DNA from: Chara braunii
Lineage: Eukaryota; Plantae; Charophyceae
DNA: 64,000 nt
Assembly: GCA_003427395.1 (NCBI GenBank)
Contig: BFEA01000005.1
Location: 656,625 to 720,624 of the forward strand
Direction of reading: 5' to 3'
Part shown: in pieces, positions 48,932 through 63,160 of the stretch
How positions within the stretch are numbered: the first letter of the stretch is position 1
Layout: each line of letters begins with the position of its first letter
Program-made: the position numbers and the translations under genes
Notes under the pieces: generated by a model
Told to the model about the DNA's origin: nothing
Databases searched by the model: none
What the model saw: the letters and a program-made list of their open reading frames with translations, nothing else

Positions 48932-49665
48932 TCCGGCCTGGTGACCCTTAGCCCCTGCCCTAGGCATAGTTCACCATCTTGTGGGTCTCGGCGGGCATGC
49001 TCACACTCAAACCTCTCACAACAGATATCGGGTGACAGTCAGTGCACCCGCAAAGGCTGGCCCCACCACTCAGGCCCCTCTCGCGCCCTGGCCAAATGCA
49101 CCCACCGACTCTCATGCACGTTGACCCCCTCGATCTGTGTTTCAACGCGGGTAGGATAGAGGAATTTTGCCAGCGCCCCGATCATGCAGGAGTTCCGATG
49201 GGCCTGCAAAAAGAGGCGCATGCTCAAGGTCCTCGACTGCCGGGTCGGCCACCCATGTCCGGCAATGTAGGAACTAAGCCACGCCCGTCGGTCTCGACGT
49301 CGGCCTCGGAACCGGTCATCAATCAAAGGCAATAAAATAAAAGTAAAAATAAAAATAAAAATAAGACGAGAAACAAAAAGATAAACGGGAAGGGGCCGTT
49401 GTTGCTGGCCTTCGACGCCGCGCATCCTCAGGCTGGGCATGGTTGCACCTCGCCGTCGATCCACCGCGCGCGCCGCTCACCCGGGTGAGGACTCAACTCT
49501 CACCCTCAAGCGCGCCGTCAACTTCGGACGAGGTCGTACCGGCGTGACTTGCAAAAAGCACGCCAAATACCCTTGTAAGGGTATTTGGCACAATACCGTA
49601 GAGCATATTAAGAAAGCACAAGATGCTCTGGTGACATCTGAGAACAAACACAGACAACCGTCTGC

Positions 49666-50290
49666 ATTTCTGCATCTTGGTTGGAAGCCCAGATCTGCTC
49701 TTGACTTTCTGTTACCTGAAAATCAGCCAACTGCAGCACCTGGAAGCTTAGAGTTTGCTGTAAAGTACGAACAGATGCTGCAGCAGGCCGTAGAGCATAT
49801 TAAGAAAGCACAAGATGCCATGGTGGCATCTGAGAACAAACACAAACGACCGTCTGCATTTCAAGTTAGGTGAACGAGTCTTGGTAAGATCATCTGAATT
49901 AGGCCAAGAGTTGGGAATTTCACGCAAACTGATGCCACAGTACTTTGGCCTTGGGAGATGCTGGACATACTAGGAGATCAACCCGACGGCCCATTATATG
50001 TGATTCACATTCCGGGTCACCTCCGTACGCACCCTGTTTTCCATGCAGCCAAATTGGCACCCTTCGCTGAAACTGAGCAGTTTCCCTCAAGAAGATCTAT
50101 GCTGCCCCCAACCATGGTTGGACACGTGGACATCGACGACATTGTTGAGCACAAGCTGATGCCTGCGCCCAAGCGTCCAGGCAGGGGACGCCCTCTGAAA
50201 CTGCAGATGCGGTACCGAGTGCGGTTCAGACACCATACAGATCCTGAAGAAGGTGGTTCACCAGAGAGAGCTAATGAAGACTGCGTCTGT
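49666..50290 (+). pseudogene. Integrase C-terminus plus divergent chromodomain remnant (family Y)
   Basis: AVEHIKKAQDAM, PQYFG(P)W, HPVFHAAKLAPF, IDDIVEH..YRVRF; followed by a purine-rich tract and an LTR. Confidence 0.8.
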
Positions 50291-50481
50291 ATTTTGTTTT
50301 GAGAAGCTTTGCTTACCTCATTGAATTGAATGTCTAATTCAGGCAGAATAATTTGACTGAACATTTTGGCATCTCGTTTGATGAAAAATGCTATTAAGTC
50401 CAAAAACTTTTGATCTTGAATTCGTGATAACAAGGCGCCGCTCAAGCTATGAACGGAATTTGAAAGGGAAGCAGCCTTCTG

Positions 50482-51566
50482 TGTAACGACTACTCAGAGG
50501 ACTATCGAAGTAAAGGAGGAGGGAGTGCGAGGGTTTATGCCTCGGCATAGGGCCCTTGAGCAGGCGCGTGCCTGCCATAAGTGAAGGTGGGCCCCCTGAA
50601 TCTCGATGTGCCCTGAACTCGTCAATTTTTGCAAATCTTGGTCGGCGCCAGACAGTTGCCACGTGCCAGTTGGTTACAATCCGCCTTTCTCGTGAGAATC
50701 CCAAATATTTGTGAGCCTTCCAGGCTCTTCCAGCAACGTAGTCGAAGCAGGGAGCATCTTACGTGTGTGCCTGGGTGTTTGGGCATGCCTAACCAATTCG
50801 GTCCCAGGCCACTGTCTGAATTGGGCCTGGGCGCAGACACTTTGGCCGAGACTGAAGCTACTGGAAACTCGGTCTCACATGGGGGTAGCAAAGGCAGGCG
50901 CCTGCCTCTTTCCATATAGGAACGGGCAGGGCGCAGGGCTGGGTAGTCGGGCACTTGCAAGCACATGCGGCAGTGCTGCTGGAGCTAGCGCTGGTGGGGC
51001 TGCTGCTGCGCTAGGTGTGGGCAAGTGTGGGCAAGTGTGCGCGTGCGCGCGTGCCATCGTGCGAGAAGGCAGGGCGCTGCTGAGGGCAGCGCCATAGCCA
51101 GCCCCACGTAGTTGGGGCTCGTCTTGGACATAGCCAGTGGAGGTGGCGGTGGTCTTCGTGGATGAAGGAGAAGAAGTGGGTGATGAAGTCAAGGTAGAGA
51201 GAGAGGATGAGGTTGATGAGGGGAGGGCATGTACCAGGTCTTGGTGAGTCTACAAGGGTCGACATCTTCATGTACTTCGGTTGTGCTGCTGATGTCAACA
51301 GGATGCATTGTCAATTCGTAGGCTGCTAGTAAGCTGGGTGATCGTAGTCTGGGCGCTGAGCGCCGAGTTGGATGAAGGACTCGGGATACATATGTTGGTG
51401 GTGGCGAGAGTATGCTCTCATTGAGATTCGGATTCAGTGCTTTGTTTCTCCGTTGGTGGAATATCAGCGCATTACTGCTTACTGGACAGCGTTTGGACTT
51501 GCTGGTTTTCATTGTGATTTTGCACTCTGGATTTCTGTCATTTTGCTATGTCTCGTTTTCCTTGCA
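50482..51566 (+). repeat. Family Y 3' LTR
   Basis: TGTAACG...TTCCTTGCA, preceded by GAAAGGGAAG, with no PBS after it. Confidence 0.85.
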
Positions 51567-51953
51567 TACGCGTACGTGCGATTTTGGGTTCGTACGCGTA
51601 AGCCGGAATATGTACGCATATGCCCTGCGTACTCGTACGGGGTGATACCCAGATTTTGGGCTACAGTGTCGAAGGGGAGTCATTTCTTCATTTCGCAAAT
51701 TTGTGGAAGTGCTGCTGGAGCTTGTGCAGACTAGCGACCTGGGGGAAGAAAAACGCTGAAGGGAGGAAGAAGACCAGCGCCCTGGCCGCAACAGAGCACC
51801 ATTGCCAGGAGGGAGGAGACGAAGTGTTTGGCGGCAATAGCCGCCCGTTTGCTGTGAGACACACCACAGAGGCATTCAGGGTAGATCTAGGACATTGAGG
51901 GAGGAGAAACAGTAGTGGGGAGCATTGAGGGATGAGCAGTGCAAGTAGCAAGT

Positions 51954-52018
<65 letters not shown>

Positions 52019-52083
52019 AAGAGAGAGTGTGGCATACTGCGCATCCACACGGGCCTGCAAGGCCGGACCAAACAAGGAAAGTA

Positions 52084-52290
52084 AGGCCCCTACAGGCCCT
52101 GTGTCGTTTTCACCCTGAAAGCCTGAAAACAAGGGCCTACAGGCCCTGTGTCGTTTTCAGCCTGAAAGCCTGAAAACAAGGGCCTACAGGCCCTGTGTCG
52201 TTTCAGCCTGAAAGCCTGAAAACGAGGGCCTACAGGCCCTGTGTCGTTACAGCCTAAAAGCCTGAAAACGAGGGCCATTTTCAGGCCCTC
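52084..52290. repeat. ~47-bp tandem repeat (4 copies), possibly a DNA-transposon subterminal array
   Basis: GGGCCTACAGGCCCTGTGTCGTTTTCAGCCTGAAAGCCTGAAAACAA. Confidence 0.9.
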
Positions 52291-52736
52291 ATAAAGTTGG
52301 CCTGCCCTGAAACTTAGGCACCAGACCAGGGTTTTTAGCACAGGCCAGACAACCTTTGTTTGAACTTCAACACCAGGGTCTGGCACGTTTTGGCATTGGC
52401 AAGAGCAGCCTCCTGGACGGGCCAGCACTATATAAGACTGGCCCGCCCTGCAGGCTGCAGGCAGTCACGAGACAGTCACGAGGTAGTTCCCAGGCACTTC
52501 ACGTGCAGGAGGCAGGAGGCAGTCTTCAGGATTCGGCAGCAGCACTCTGGAGGAGCGCTGCAGTAGTAGTAGTAGCGTTAGCAGTAGTCTTCAGCGCTGG
52601 GCGCTATCAGGAGCTAGAGTAGTAATGGAGAGAGAGAGATGGTTGGCGGAGGCCAGGGAGACTTACCTGTGGCGCCATAGCTCCAGCTTCGTCTTCGATG
52701 TACCTGCAACAAGCCGCCACCTTCACAGGGTAGTAC

Positions 52737-52817
<81 letters not shown>

Positions 52818-52832
52818 NNNNNNNNNNNNNNN

Positions 52833-52873
<41 letters not shown>

Positions 52874-53574
52874 CTTCTTCCTCTTCTAAGTCCACCATCT
52901 CCTCCTCCCCCTCTCGCTACCTGACTTCTCAGTATCTGCAGACTACGAGAGAGAGAGAGAGATTGGTGACTTTGGGACTCGACGACATTTGGGTCCAGAC
53001 TCAACATTGGGATTCAGACATTGACGAGGGATTATTTGGGACCTGTACCAAAGACTTGGTGTTGACGACATTCCCATCTTCCCCTCTTCTTCGTCTAACC
53101 CCCCTCTTCTTCGTCTGTGTATGGTTGGGGACTGGCGCATTCTTCCTGTGTGAGCGCCAGGCCCCTTCACACCATGGAATGATGATGATGTATGTCTGGT
53201 CTGTATGGCAACATTGATTGTTTGGATCATTGGTATTTAAGCCTTCCACTGTGCTATCTTGTACTATGTGAGAGAGGTCGGTTCTTGTTCTGGTCTGTAC
53301 CATTACGGTATGCGACAGAGAGAGAAGCATATCGGAAGGGGGAAGAGTCGGGTGCTTACCGGAGTTGTGTTGCAGCGGTTCTGCGCTTAGTCCCAAACTT
53401 TTTCAATTCTATATTCTGTAGTTTGAGTGGAACTGGAATTGGCACTGTTCATGGCCATCACTCAAGCTTGTGTGAGCTTTATCTGAATGCTCTCAATTTG
53501 CATGTGGTATTTTGCGTTGAATCTTGCGAGGTTCATTGCATCGTGGCGAAGTTAGTGTGAATGAGTTTGTGTGG

Positions 53575-53720
53575 ATAAGTTTGAGGACAGGTTTGAGGAC
53601 AAGTTTGAGGACAAGTTTGAGGACAAGTTTGTGAGTAAGTCTGTGGATAAGTTTGTCTGAATGAGTTTGTGCGGTTAAGTTTGTGCGAATGGGTTTGTGT
53701 GGATAAGTTTCTGTGAAAAG
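53575..53720. repeat. 12-bp degenerate tandem repeat
   Basis: AAGTTTGAGGAC / AAGTTTGTGGAT units. Confidence 0.85.
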
Positions 53721-56708
53721 TTTGTACTTGTGGATATATCTATGGCAAGGTGCAGAGAGCACAGACTAAGCAGGAGTGGGACAAAGGAGAAAGGGTATGA
53801 CTAGTTGAGCAGACGAGCTTTGGCAAAGGTTCTCAAGCTGTGCAGATGTGCAGCAGGTGTGTGTGGGTAATTTTGTGGATAAGTTTGTGGATAATTTTGT
53901 GAATGAGTTGGTTGACAGGGTTCCTGAGAAGTCTCCTCTTTAAGATAGCTGAAGCTGCCTAAACTTTAGAAAATTTCCAAAAGTGGTGTCCTCGTAGGAT
54001 GGCACGACATGTCTCCTGTGGAGACATGAGGTAAGATGCAAATGTGTCAGCAATCTGAGCGCATGGGTGACTCAGTGGTGATTGACCGGATAAACAGAGC
54101 TGATGACAAACTCAAGGTTGATTGAACTTATGATTCACAGTTGATGTGGATGGGGATGACCTGACAATTCTTGAAGAGTAAATGTCGGATAGATGATAGT
54201 TACAAAAAAACAAATTAAAGAATAAGAAAATAAGAAAATATGTAATATATTGTCAAACAGGGCTGCCTGGTAAACTGTAGGCAGAGAGGGAGAAGAGGAC
54301 AACAAACGAGGGGCTGTGTGACCGACTGATGTACTGTTGTTATAGTATAATAATAAGTTAATAACTCTATTATAGAATTTATAGTGTGATTTGTGTGTAA
54401 ATAGTAGGTAGTAATACAGTAATACTATTATCTATTACAATGTATAGAGAACGAAAAAGGAGCAGTGACGGAATGTGCCAACTTCTTATATTTGAATATC
54501 CTGTTGTGCTATTGTGGAAATTCAAACTTGTCAATGTCACAGACTATTTGGCAGATGCGATGGACCTGGCCATGTCCGAGCTGTGAGGGGATTAATACCC
54601 ACACATTCAAGCGATGCTGAGTTTGACACTGCCGTAAATACGCTCTGCTAATCCATTTGCGGATGCACAGAGCCTGGCCATGTTCGACCTGGCATATCAT
54701 CGAGGTTCAAAGTTCACAGTTCGAATGCTTACTTGATGAAGAGAACTGCTGTTCTAACTTCAAACTTCAAACTTCAAACTCTATTCTACTTTAGTCAAGA
54801 CAAAGTTCAAACTCTACTTTACGAAGATACGCAGGGGTGGAAATGCACATCCACAAATGCAAAGCGAAAAGAGCATTCATTTGGTATGCTGTTGATCTGT
54901 CATCGGTTGTGTTGAGACGGTTGATCTCTTTTACTTCATCTCGCAAGGAAGAATACATTTGATAGGCAGAAATATATAAATAGGAATCAGGGCATAATCA
55001 CACTAGGACTTTTTCTACTAAGCACTGGATGTAATTGCAGTCAGATTCATCCAGGTGTGGCCATAATTGTTGGTCAGATGCATTTATAAAAAGCTAGTGT
55101 GAGTAGACCCTCAGTTTGTAGCAACTTTGTGCCAAGTTTGTTATTAGAACTTAGTTTATACTTTATAGTAACTTTGTGCTAAGTTTGTTATTAGAACTCC
55201 AAACGACCACGCTGCCTCTCCAGTGACCATCATGAAATGCAGCTGAGTGTGCTGCAAGGCGAGCGCAGATGATCAGGGAAATATCCTTTTTTTTTTTGGA
55301 AAACCAGCCGGAGTCTTCTAGCGGGGTTGGTATGAGCAGGGAAATATCAGAATTGCCCATTGACGTGAAGGAAAAGTCTCAATTGTGGACAACCTCCACA
55401 AGTCATATTTCCAAAACTTCCAAAGGCACAAACCTTCATCTTCTCCTATTCTCTGTCCTTCCCACCTTGCTTTAGCACCAAGAGGTTGTTGGGTTACCAT
55501 AGAGTAAGGACCAGTAAAACGGGCATGTATATTATCATCTGCTTTATGAATAAGCTTTAATATATGTGCTTTTCTAACTGTGATTGCATCCTCAAATTCA
55601 GGAGTGGCTGAAGATTGTATACCAAGCTAAGACTGTGCTGCGGCAACTTAACAAGCATATTGTCAGTAGGTGGAAAACTCTAGTAAGGGAGAGAGGAATC
55701 GAGCAGCGAAGTAATGACCGCAGTTAATAGGTTACAACTGCAGTTAGTAGGTGATGCAGTGCAGTTCATAGGGAAGTTAACAGGGAATGACTGCACTTAA
55801 AAAGTTAATGACTGCAGTTTTAAGTGCAGTCAGTGGGGAGTGACTGCAGTTAAAACTCAAAAGGCAATGAATGGGGGGAGTTAGCCTGGTTGACATTGCA
55901 TTATGGTACCAAGGTAAGTTTGTGTTGGGGGGGTAAGGTGGGGGGTTAGGGGGGAGGGGGGAGGGGGGGAAGTCTTAGTGCTGCTAGGATGGGGCTGTAC
56001 AATATGCCTAGCTAACTTGTGAATAATTGCGAACCTGTTTCATCTGTCAATGATTGCAATTCTGTTAACTTCGTTTTAGTTTTCACATGTGGAAGTGTGC
56101 GAGATTGGCTTGTTTGTAGGTTTTGCAACTTTGCGCTCTTTTCTCCAGTTGGAAGGGCCAATTTGGCCATTTCCATGAACATCAGGACACTATGGTAGTT
56201 TGCAGATCCAAGAAACATTAAAATGAGTAACCTTTAACTTTTTGTCAGTTGTTGAGGAGTTGTTGCGGACTGGTGAATGTGCGAACTGGTGAATGCCTAT
56301 TGTTATCCAGTAGTGGGCTTTCCGAGTGAGTATATATACCCAATGGTTTTGGGTATCGCCCCCTCAGAGAAAAAGGGGGGGATTGCCATTTCGGTTGTTT
56401 GTTATGCCATGCCATTGAGGCCCAGCACTCGATGTCTCACAGGCAGTACATGGCCCATGGATGGCAGCAGGTCTGCTTTGCATTTTGCAGTTGGATTGTG
56501 TCCTTCCCACAGGGACTCATCCTGGTCCCAAATGGGAAAGGTCCCCTTAGAGGTTGAAGGGGTAGGCCTGCCTATATAACTCAGGTAATTCCTTGACTTG
56601 ACTGTGTTGGAATAGGTCAGTGGGTTGCTTTGTGTGGTCCCCTATGGGGCAGTTCATTATAGCTGAGTGAAGCAGCAATAAGGTCTGGAGAGCAGTGTTG
56701 GACCTTTC

Positions 56709-57311
56709 TGGCATGATCTTCAAGCTTTGGCTATGGTGGAAGCCCACCTGTGGCATGATCTTCAAGGTTTGGCTATGGTGGAAGCCCACCTGTGGCATGA
56801 TCTTCAAGGTTTGGCTGCGGCGGAAGGCCACCTGTGGCATGATCTTCGAGCTGTGGATATGGCGAAGCCCACATGTGGCATGATCTTCAAGCTTTGGCTA
56901 TGGTGGAATCCCACCGTTGGCATGATCTTCAAGCTTTGGCTACGACAGAAGCCCACCTGTGGCCTGATCTTCAAGCTGTGCATATGGCGCAAGCCCACAT
57001 GTGCCATGATTTTCAAGCTTCTGATACGGCAGAAGGGCACCTGCCACATGATCTTCAAGCCTTGGCTACCGCGGAAGCCCACCTGTAGCATGATCTTCAA
57101 GCTCTGGATATGGTGAAGCCCATGTGTGGCATGATCTTCAAGCTTTGGCTATGGCGGAAGCCCACCTGTGGCATGATCTTCAAGTTGTGGACATGGCTGA
57201 AGCCCACCTGTGGAGTGATTTTCAAGCTGTGGCTATGACGGAAGCCCACGTGTGGCGTGAAGGTCAAGCTGTGGCTATGGCGGAAGCCCACCTGTGGCAT
57301 GATTCAAGCTG
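56709..57311. repeat. 42-bp minisatellite (about 14 copies)
   Basis: TGGCATGATCTTCAAGCTTTGGCTATGGYGGAAGCCCACCTG. Confidence 0.97.
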
Positions 57312-58202
57312 TGAATGTAGTGCTAAGACTTTGTTGTTGAAGTCTTTTGTGACTCCCCCCTCTTGGTTGTGCTCGCAGTGCATGAAAAACTTTTACCTCT
57401 CCATGGCAGCTGAAGGTGTTGGGGAGACTGTGTTAAACCTTAAAACACTATGTTGAATTCTCTTCTGCTTTCCTTTTTCTCCTCTTGCTTGTGTCGCTGC
57501 TCCATGAATGCAAGCTTGTATCTCGTCATGGTGATTGAAGGGGAAGGGGGTAGGAGATGTTGGGAAGAACATGGTCTTCAACAGCCAGTACATCGCCCAG
57601 GCAACCTTGAGAATCGAAATCGAGCCAATCCGAAAATTCTGGAGGCTCAGGGTTGCCCGACACCAAAATGGCTGGTGGCGGCCAAAAGAAAGGCAAAAGC
57701 ACCGCACTGGCGTTTCGGCAAAGCTTGGCGCGCAGCGGCGCAGGGGGAATCCGCCTTGGTAAATGAGGCTCGGATGTACTGGTGGTGGTTTAAGATGTTG
57801 TTGAAGTCTCTTCTGCATTCCGTCTCCCTCTCGGTTCTGCTGCTCTTGCATGCATGTGAGGTCCTTCTCCATGGTTGAAGCATCCCCCCCCACCCCACCT
57901 TCTGTCCAATGCAGACAATGGGACTGCTTGTGTGTACTTGGGCAATGTTTCTGACCAGATTCAGGCAAAGTATCCCTTATGGCCCATTTGGCCTGCCTTG
58001 TCACAATTCACATCAGACCACATGCCCAACGAACACTCTGTCGAATACATGCTATCAAGGGATCATTGCGACTGAATTACAGACAAGTTCAGTCAAAGAG
58101 GTACTCGCGTGAGTATGACGGATACTATGACCTAAATGACACAATGGTTTTTTAACCCCCAGCAATTGAAGCTTGCCAGCCTTACCTTTTGATGTACATC
58201 AT

Positions 58203-58293
<91 letters not shown>

Positions 58294-58576
58294 AGATACT
58301 GTGACATATTTAACTAGATTCAACACCAGACATTCGCACAGTGAATATGGGTCAATGAGACCTCAATCTTGAAGTATATGGTACAGTAAAGAAGGATAAA
58401 TGAATTTAAGCTCCGTCCCTGCCATCATCTGAATGAATCCAAGCTCAGTCTCCATAAAACATCAAGGAAAATCTTGTCGCACATCACAATTACTTGCTAT
58501 ACGTGGGCCAATGAATCAATCAAAGACTTGAGAATTTGAGACGTCCAATGTGCACAGCTCTGGGTTGCAATCTGAA

Positions 58577-59213
58577 TGTCACAGTGAGTACCAATAGGAG
58601 GGTTTGATCCCTCGGCATAACTGCATAAGGCCCTGCATCAGGCGCGTGCCCGCCCTAAGTGAGGGCGGGCCCCTGAACTCGTCAATTTTTGCAAATCTTG
58701 GTCGGTGCCAGACAGTTGCCACGCGCCAGTTCGTTACATCCGCCTTGCCCGTGAGAATCCACAATATGCGTGAGCCCTCCAGGCTTTCCCAGCAAAAAGG
58801 TCGAAGCAGGGAGCATCGCGCGGTTGCGCCTGGGTGGTTGGGCATGCCTAACCGATTCGGTCTCAGGCCAATGTCTGAAAGTGCCTGGGCGCAAAGCTAC
58901 TGGAAACTCGGTCTCATGTGGGGAAAGGCAAACAATGCGCCCGCCACTTTCCATATAGGAAAGGGCAGGGCGTCGGGCCGGGCAATCGGACACTTGCAAG
59001 TTGCGGGCGGCAGCGCTGCTGGAGCGATTGCTCGCGGGCTGCTTGCTGCGCTAGCTCAGGTGCTGCGAGCACGTGCGGACGTGCAGGATGTAGGGCGCTG
59101 CTGAGGGCAGCGCCATAGCCAGCCCCACGTAGCCGGGGCTCGGCTTGGACATAGCCAGTGGAGGTGGTGGCAGTCTTCGTGTATGAGGGAGAAGACGTGG
59201 GTGAAGAAGTCAA

Positions 59214-59282
<69 letters not shown>

Positions 59283-59644
59283 GGGATTGGTGATGTGAGG
59301 GCACGTACCTGGTCTTGGCGATGGTCTACAAGGGTCGACATCTTCATGTACTTCGGTTCTGCTGCTGATGTCAACCGGATGCATTGTCAATTCGTCGGCT
59401 GCTAGTAAGCTGTGTGATCGTGGTCTAGGCGCAAAGCACCAAGTAGGGGGAAGGACTTTGGATACATCATGTTGGTCGTGGTGAGAGTATGCTCTCATTG
59501 ACATTCGGATTCAGTGCTTTGTTTCTCCGTTGGTGGAATATCAGTGCATCGCTACTTTTTGGACAGTGTTTGGACTTGCTGGCTTTCAATGTGATTTTGC
59601 ACTCAAGGATTTCTGTCATTTTGTTATTGCTCACTTTCCTTGCA
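58577..59644 (+). repeat. Family Y 5' LTR (diverged subfamily)
   Basis: TGTCAC...TTCCTTGCA, homologous to 50482-51566, followed by a PBS. Confidence 0.85.
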
Positions 59645-59647
59645 ATT

Positions 59648-59659
59648 TGGTATCGGAGC
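59648..59659 (+). promoter_or_regulatory. Primer binding site, tRNA-iMet type
   Basis: TGGTATCGGAGC, 3 nt after CA. Confidence 0.9.
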
Positions 59660-59813
59660 TGGTTCGAGCCGCTCCGCTGGCTCCTTCGGAATAGTTGTTT
59701 GGTGGTTCGCTGGATATGGTGGGGCAGTGATAACGCTTATGCGTGGGGTGAAAGGCGGCCAAGGGTCGTGTGGGCGCGCCAGGAAGGCTATGTGGTGACA
59801 TAGGGGTGCACGC

Positions 59814-62100
59814 TGAAGACCGACACACTAGGGACACATGAGGAGACGAAAAATGGGGCCGCCAAGGAATGGGAAATGCCAAGAAAAACCGGGACACAGT
59901 GGGGAAAGATGCCGGGAACCACATGGGACAAAGTAAAAATAATGACATTTCGGGACTAGTGACGGTAGGACCAAACGACGGGACAAGTGTCGGCTGGACC
60001 ACCGGCGGAACAAGTGTCGGGGACTAGTGAAGGACAAGTGTCGAGGACCTGAGTTGTCACAAGGAAGAGGTGTAGAGTGCCATGAGAAAAAAATATTCGA
60101 AGCAAGACGCGATGTCAAAATCAAGATATAAATGACCAAACGGGAGAGTGAGAAAGGAAACAAAGGAAGCAAACAAAATTGGAGGAAGGGGCATTATTGC
60201 AAACCGAGATATCTCGGATCAGCCACCATGAAGACAATGGAGCCTTAAGAGGCTCCATGTGAAAAATAAGCCTCCTGGAGAAAATCGGAGTAGGAAGGGC
60301 GGCGGTTTGGACCAAACGGCGGCAAAATGGGGCTCCCATGGGTGTGGGAGCACCATGACTGCAGTCCGAGAATTAACGGACTGCACCTTGGGCATGGGCT
60401 GGGCCAAAACCAAGAGGTAGGGCCTAGAAAAAACCTCAATAGCTAGTTGACACTTGCCATGCTAGAAAAAGAAAGGAAAAAAAAAAAGAAAAAGAAGAGA
60501 AAAAGTAGGAAGAATTATACAAAAAAGGGTGAGAGGGGGTGAGTGAGTTGGCCATCAATAGGGACTGGCACAGATAGGGATTGGCAAATCCCTACTGTTC
60601 AGTTTTGGAGGCAAAAAGAAAGCAAAAAGAAAAGGAAAAAAAAGGGTTACTAATGGTAAAAAACGGTAACTAGGGAGATGCATTTTGTGACCGGATTCAT
60701 CCTGGGTGAATCGGTTACAAAATGTTTTGATTTTTTTAATATTTTACTGAGAAAAGCAAAAAAAATCAAGGTATTTTGCAACCAAGATATAACGGATTAC
60801 AAGAGGGAGGGAAAACACATGTTTTCAGCACATCCGAAGTCAATATTGAGTCCGGATGCACTTGGAAATTGGTCGCTTCATTTTGTTTCAGTTTAAGGCA
60901 AGTTGTAGGGCAGAAAGGCTAGGAAAATGACCTCTACTGCAGTCCGAGAAATAACGGATTGCAGTGGGGTGCCAAGGCCAAGGGAAAATGAGCCTTGGCA
61001 CACTCAAGACATTAGAAAGGAGTGTCTCAAGCTTGGAGCAAGTGGAAACGGTAAATAACAACTCCGAGATGAGGATCTCGCGGCCGGGAATAATCAAGAC
61101 ACTTGAGACACATGAAAAGGAGAGATTGAGACTGGCGAGCACTAGGGAGTCCCAAATAAAAATGAGACGTCAACGGGGACGCTATCGGGGACTAAATGGT
61201 CCCAAATAAAAATAACTGAAAATCGGGACATGTGCCGACGGGGCTACCGGCGGGACTAGAAAATGAAACTAGTGCGGAATGAGTAACGGGGACTTGAGTG
61301 TCCCAAGAGAAATTGCAAGCTCACATGGAGGATGAGCACGCAAGGCAAGCGACAAGATCTTGATGGTAGGAAATACTATCAACCACAAGTGCAATCATTG
61401 AGTAGGGCCAAGAAATGGGAGAACATGGAGGCAAAAAGACTAGAGAAATGAAGTGGGGGGCCTACCCTGCAGTCCGAGATATCTCGGACCAATAAGACTT
61501 GAGAAAATAGAGCCCCAAGGGGTTCTATGCAGAAAATAGGTTGTCAAGAAAAAATCGGAGCAAAGGGGTCTCAAAATTGAGTAATGAAGGCAAAATGGAG
61601 CCCCCGTAGGTGTGTGGGCTTCATTGTTGTAATCCGCGATACAACGGTCAGCAGCTGGGCCTAGATCTGGCTCTAGATCGAGATTCATGGCTTAGAAAAA
61701 GAGTCAACAACTTCTTGAAACTTCTCACAGCAGAAATAAAGAAAAAGAGAGAAAAAGGGGAAAAAAAGGAAAAGAATGGAGGAGAATGTGTCGGTCAGTT
61801 GGGACTTATCACTCCGGATTTAGTGGAAGGCAATCCAAAGTGCAGAGATAATGCCCCATATTTGAATTAAAGAGGCGAAAATGAGAGAAAAAACAAAAAG
61901 GAGTTTGCTGTTTTTTTTTCGAACCATAGATTTGAGATTCAGATTCATGGAGGAGGGAATATGATCATCATTTGTGGAACCAACTCAAACGGCCAACTCC
62001 GGAATAAGTTGGCAGCCCAAAATGGAAAAAAACAACAGAGGGAAAAAAACAAAACAACGCATTTGGCCGAAAATGAAGGCCGGATGCACAAAATTAAAAA
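59814..62100 (+). repeat. Long LTR related to the element 1 LTR, inserted in the Y leader (right end not determined)
   Basis: Y-leader homology to ~40515-40668 stops at CACGC|TGAAGAC; 61550-62090 aligns with the reverse complement of 1-640. Confidence 0.65.
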
Positions 62101-62525
62101 AATGAGCCTTCGGGCTCAAGTTTGAAGCAATGGCCGCTTGGGGGTAAGCTTGGATTATTTTTAGCCTTGGATCCAGATCGAAGGCTGAGATGGCATCGAG
62201 GTACCCAAGTGCTCCCGGAGAGACTTAGTGGTGAGAAAAGGCCTTGGGGGTACCTTGGTTTACTTTGGGGCACATGGAGAGGTCCATGGGCTGGCCGAAG
62301 TGTTGTGCCCAACCTACATACATAAGTTGGGGAAGCAGCTCGCCACACTCACATTTGCATAAGGCAAGTACATGTTGCTTGCGTGAGCCCAAGGGAGCTC
62401 TACACTCAAGCAGAGTGAGAGGAGGGGAACCGTTGCCAATTTGGAAGCTTGGAGGAGGTTGTGGGCTAATGAGAGAGGCTGAGGCTGTGTCAGCCTAGGG
62501 AAGTGATCCGCCATAGCCTCCAGGC

Positions 62526-62556
<31 letters not shown>

Positions 62557-63160
62557 CAAAGGCTACTGGGGGTCCACTTAGCCCTCCTAGAGGGGAGGAC
62601 TCCATAGTCTTAGTGGTAGGAGCTTGCCAGAGAGGCTGGGGAATAAAGGAAATGAGGGCTTGAAGAAGAAGGAAGTCATTGCTAGGCTGCAAGTGTGCAA
62701 AGAAAGAGGAGACTTCACCAAGATTGACATCTCCATCTCAAGAGACTAGAGGAGGTGAGTGAAAGCTTCTTCTTCTTCTTCTTTTTCTCCTCTTCCTCCT
62801 CCTCCTTTTCCTTCCTCTCTTCTTCTTCTTCTTCTTTTTCTTCTTCCTCTTCTTTCTCTACTTCTTCCTCTTTATAACCTTCTCCTTCCCCTCCATCTTC
62901 TTCTTCTTCTTTCTCCTCCTCCTCCTCTCCTAATTAGTCATCAACTTTCCCCATCTCCTCTCTCCCCTTTCTTCTCCTTTTCTCCTCTCTTCATAACTAA
63001 CATACTAAGAATGGGGCAAGTAGGAAGTAGCTTCTCTACTAAAGATAACCAACATGTTATTCATTAAAATATGACATTATATTGTGTCCTCTTTCAGACG
63101 AATTCATTTTTAGTTGCCGCCTAAGAAATGTAGGCACGCCTATCCACTCGCCCTTAATGC

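Larger units (their letters stand above)
41296..49520 (-). mobile_element. Family X copy 3, interrupted by three MITEs
   Basis: 41300-41720 matches the reverse complement of 30910-31330; 45000-45440 matches 20580-21065; 48420-48560 and 49100-49235 match the reverse complements of 27680-27810 and 26670-26810. Confidence 0.8.

Noticed and set aside
51567-51668. CACTA-like terminus (CTACAGTG with TACGCGTA subterminal repeats)
   Set aside because: Only one end is visible and there is no TSD; plausible but unsupported
56547-57456. Repeat-protein gene (WHDLQALAMAEAHL repeats)
   Set aside because: The frames are open on both strands simply because the satellite unit is 42 bp; no unique coding flanks
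52900-58560. Host gene exons
   Set aside because: No recognisable domain or convincing exon chain; short ORFs only
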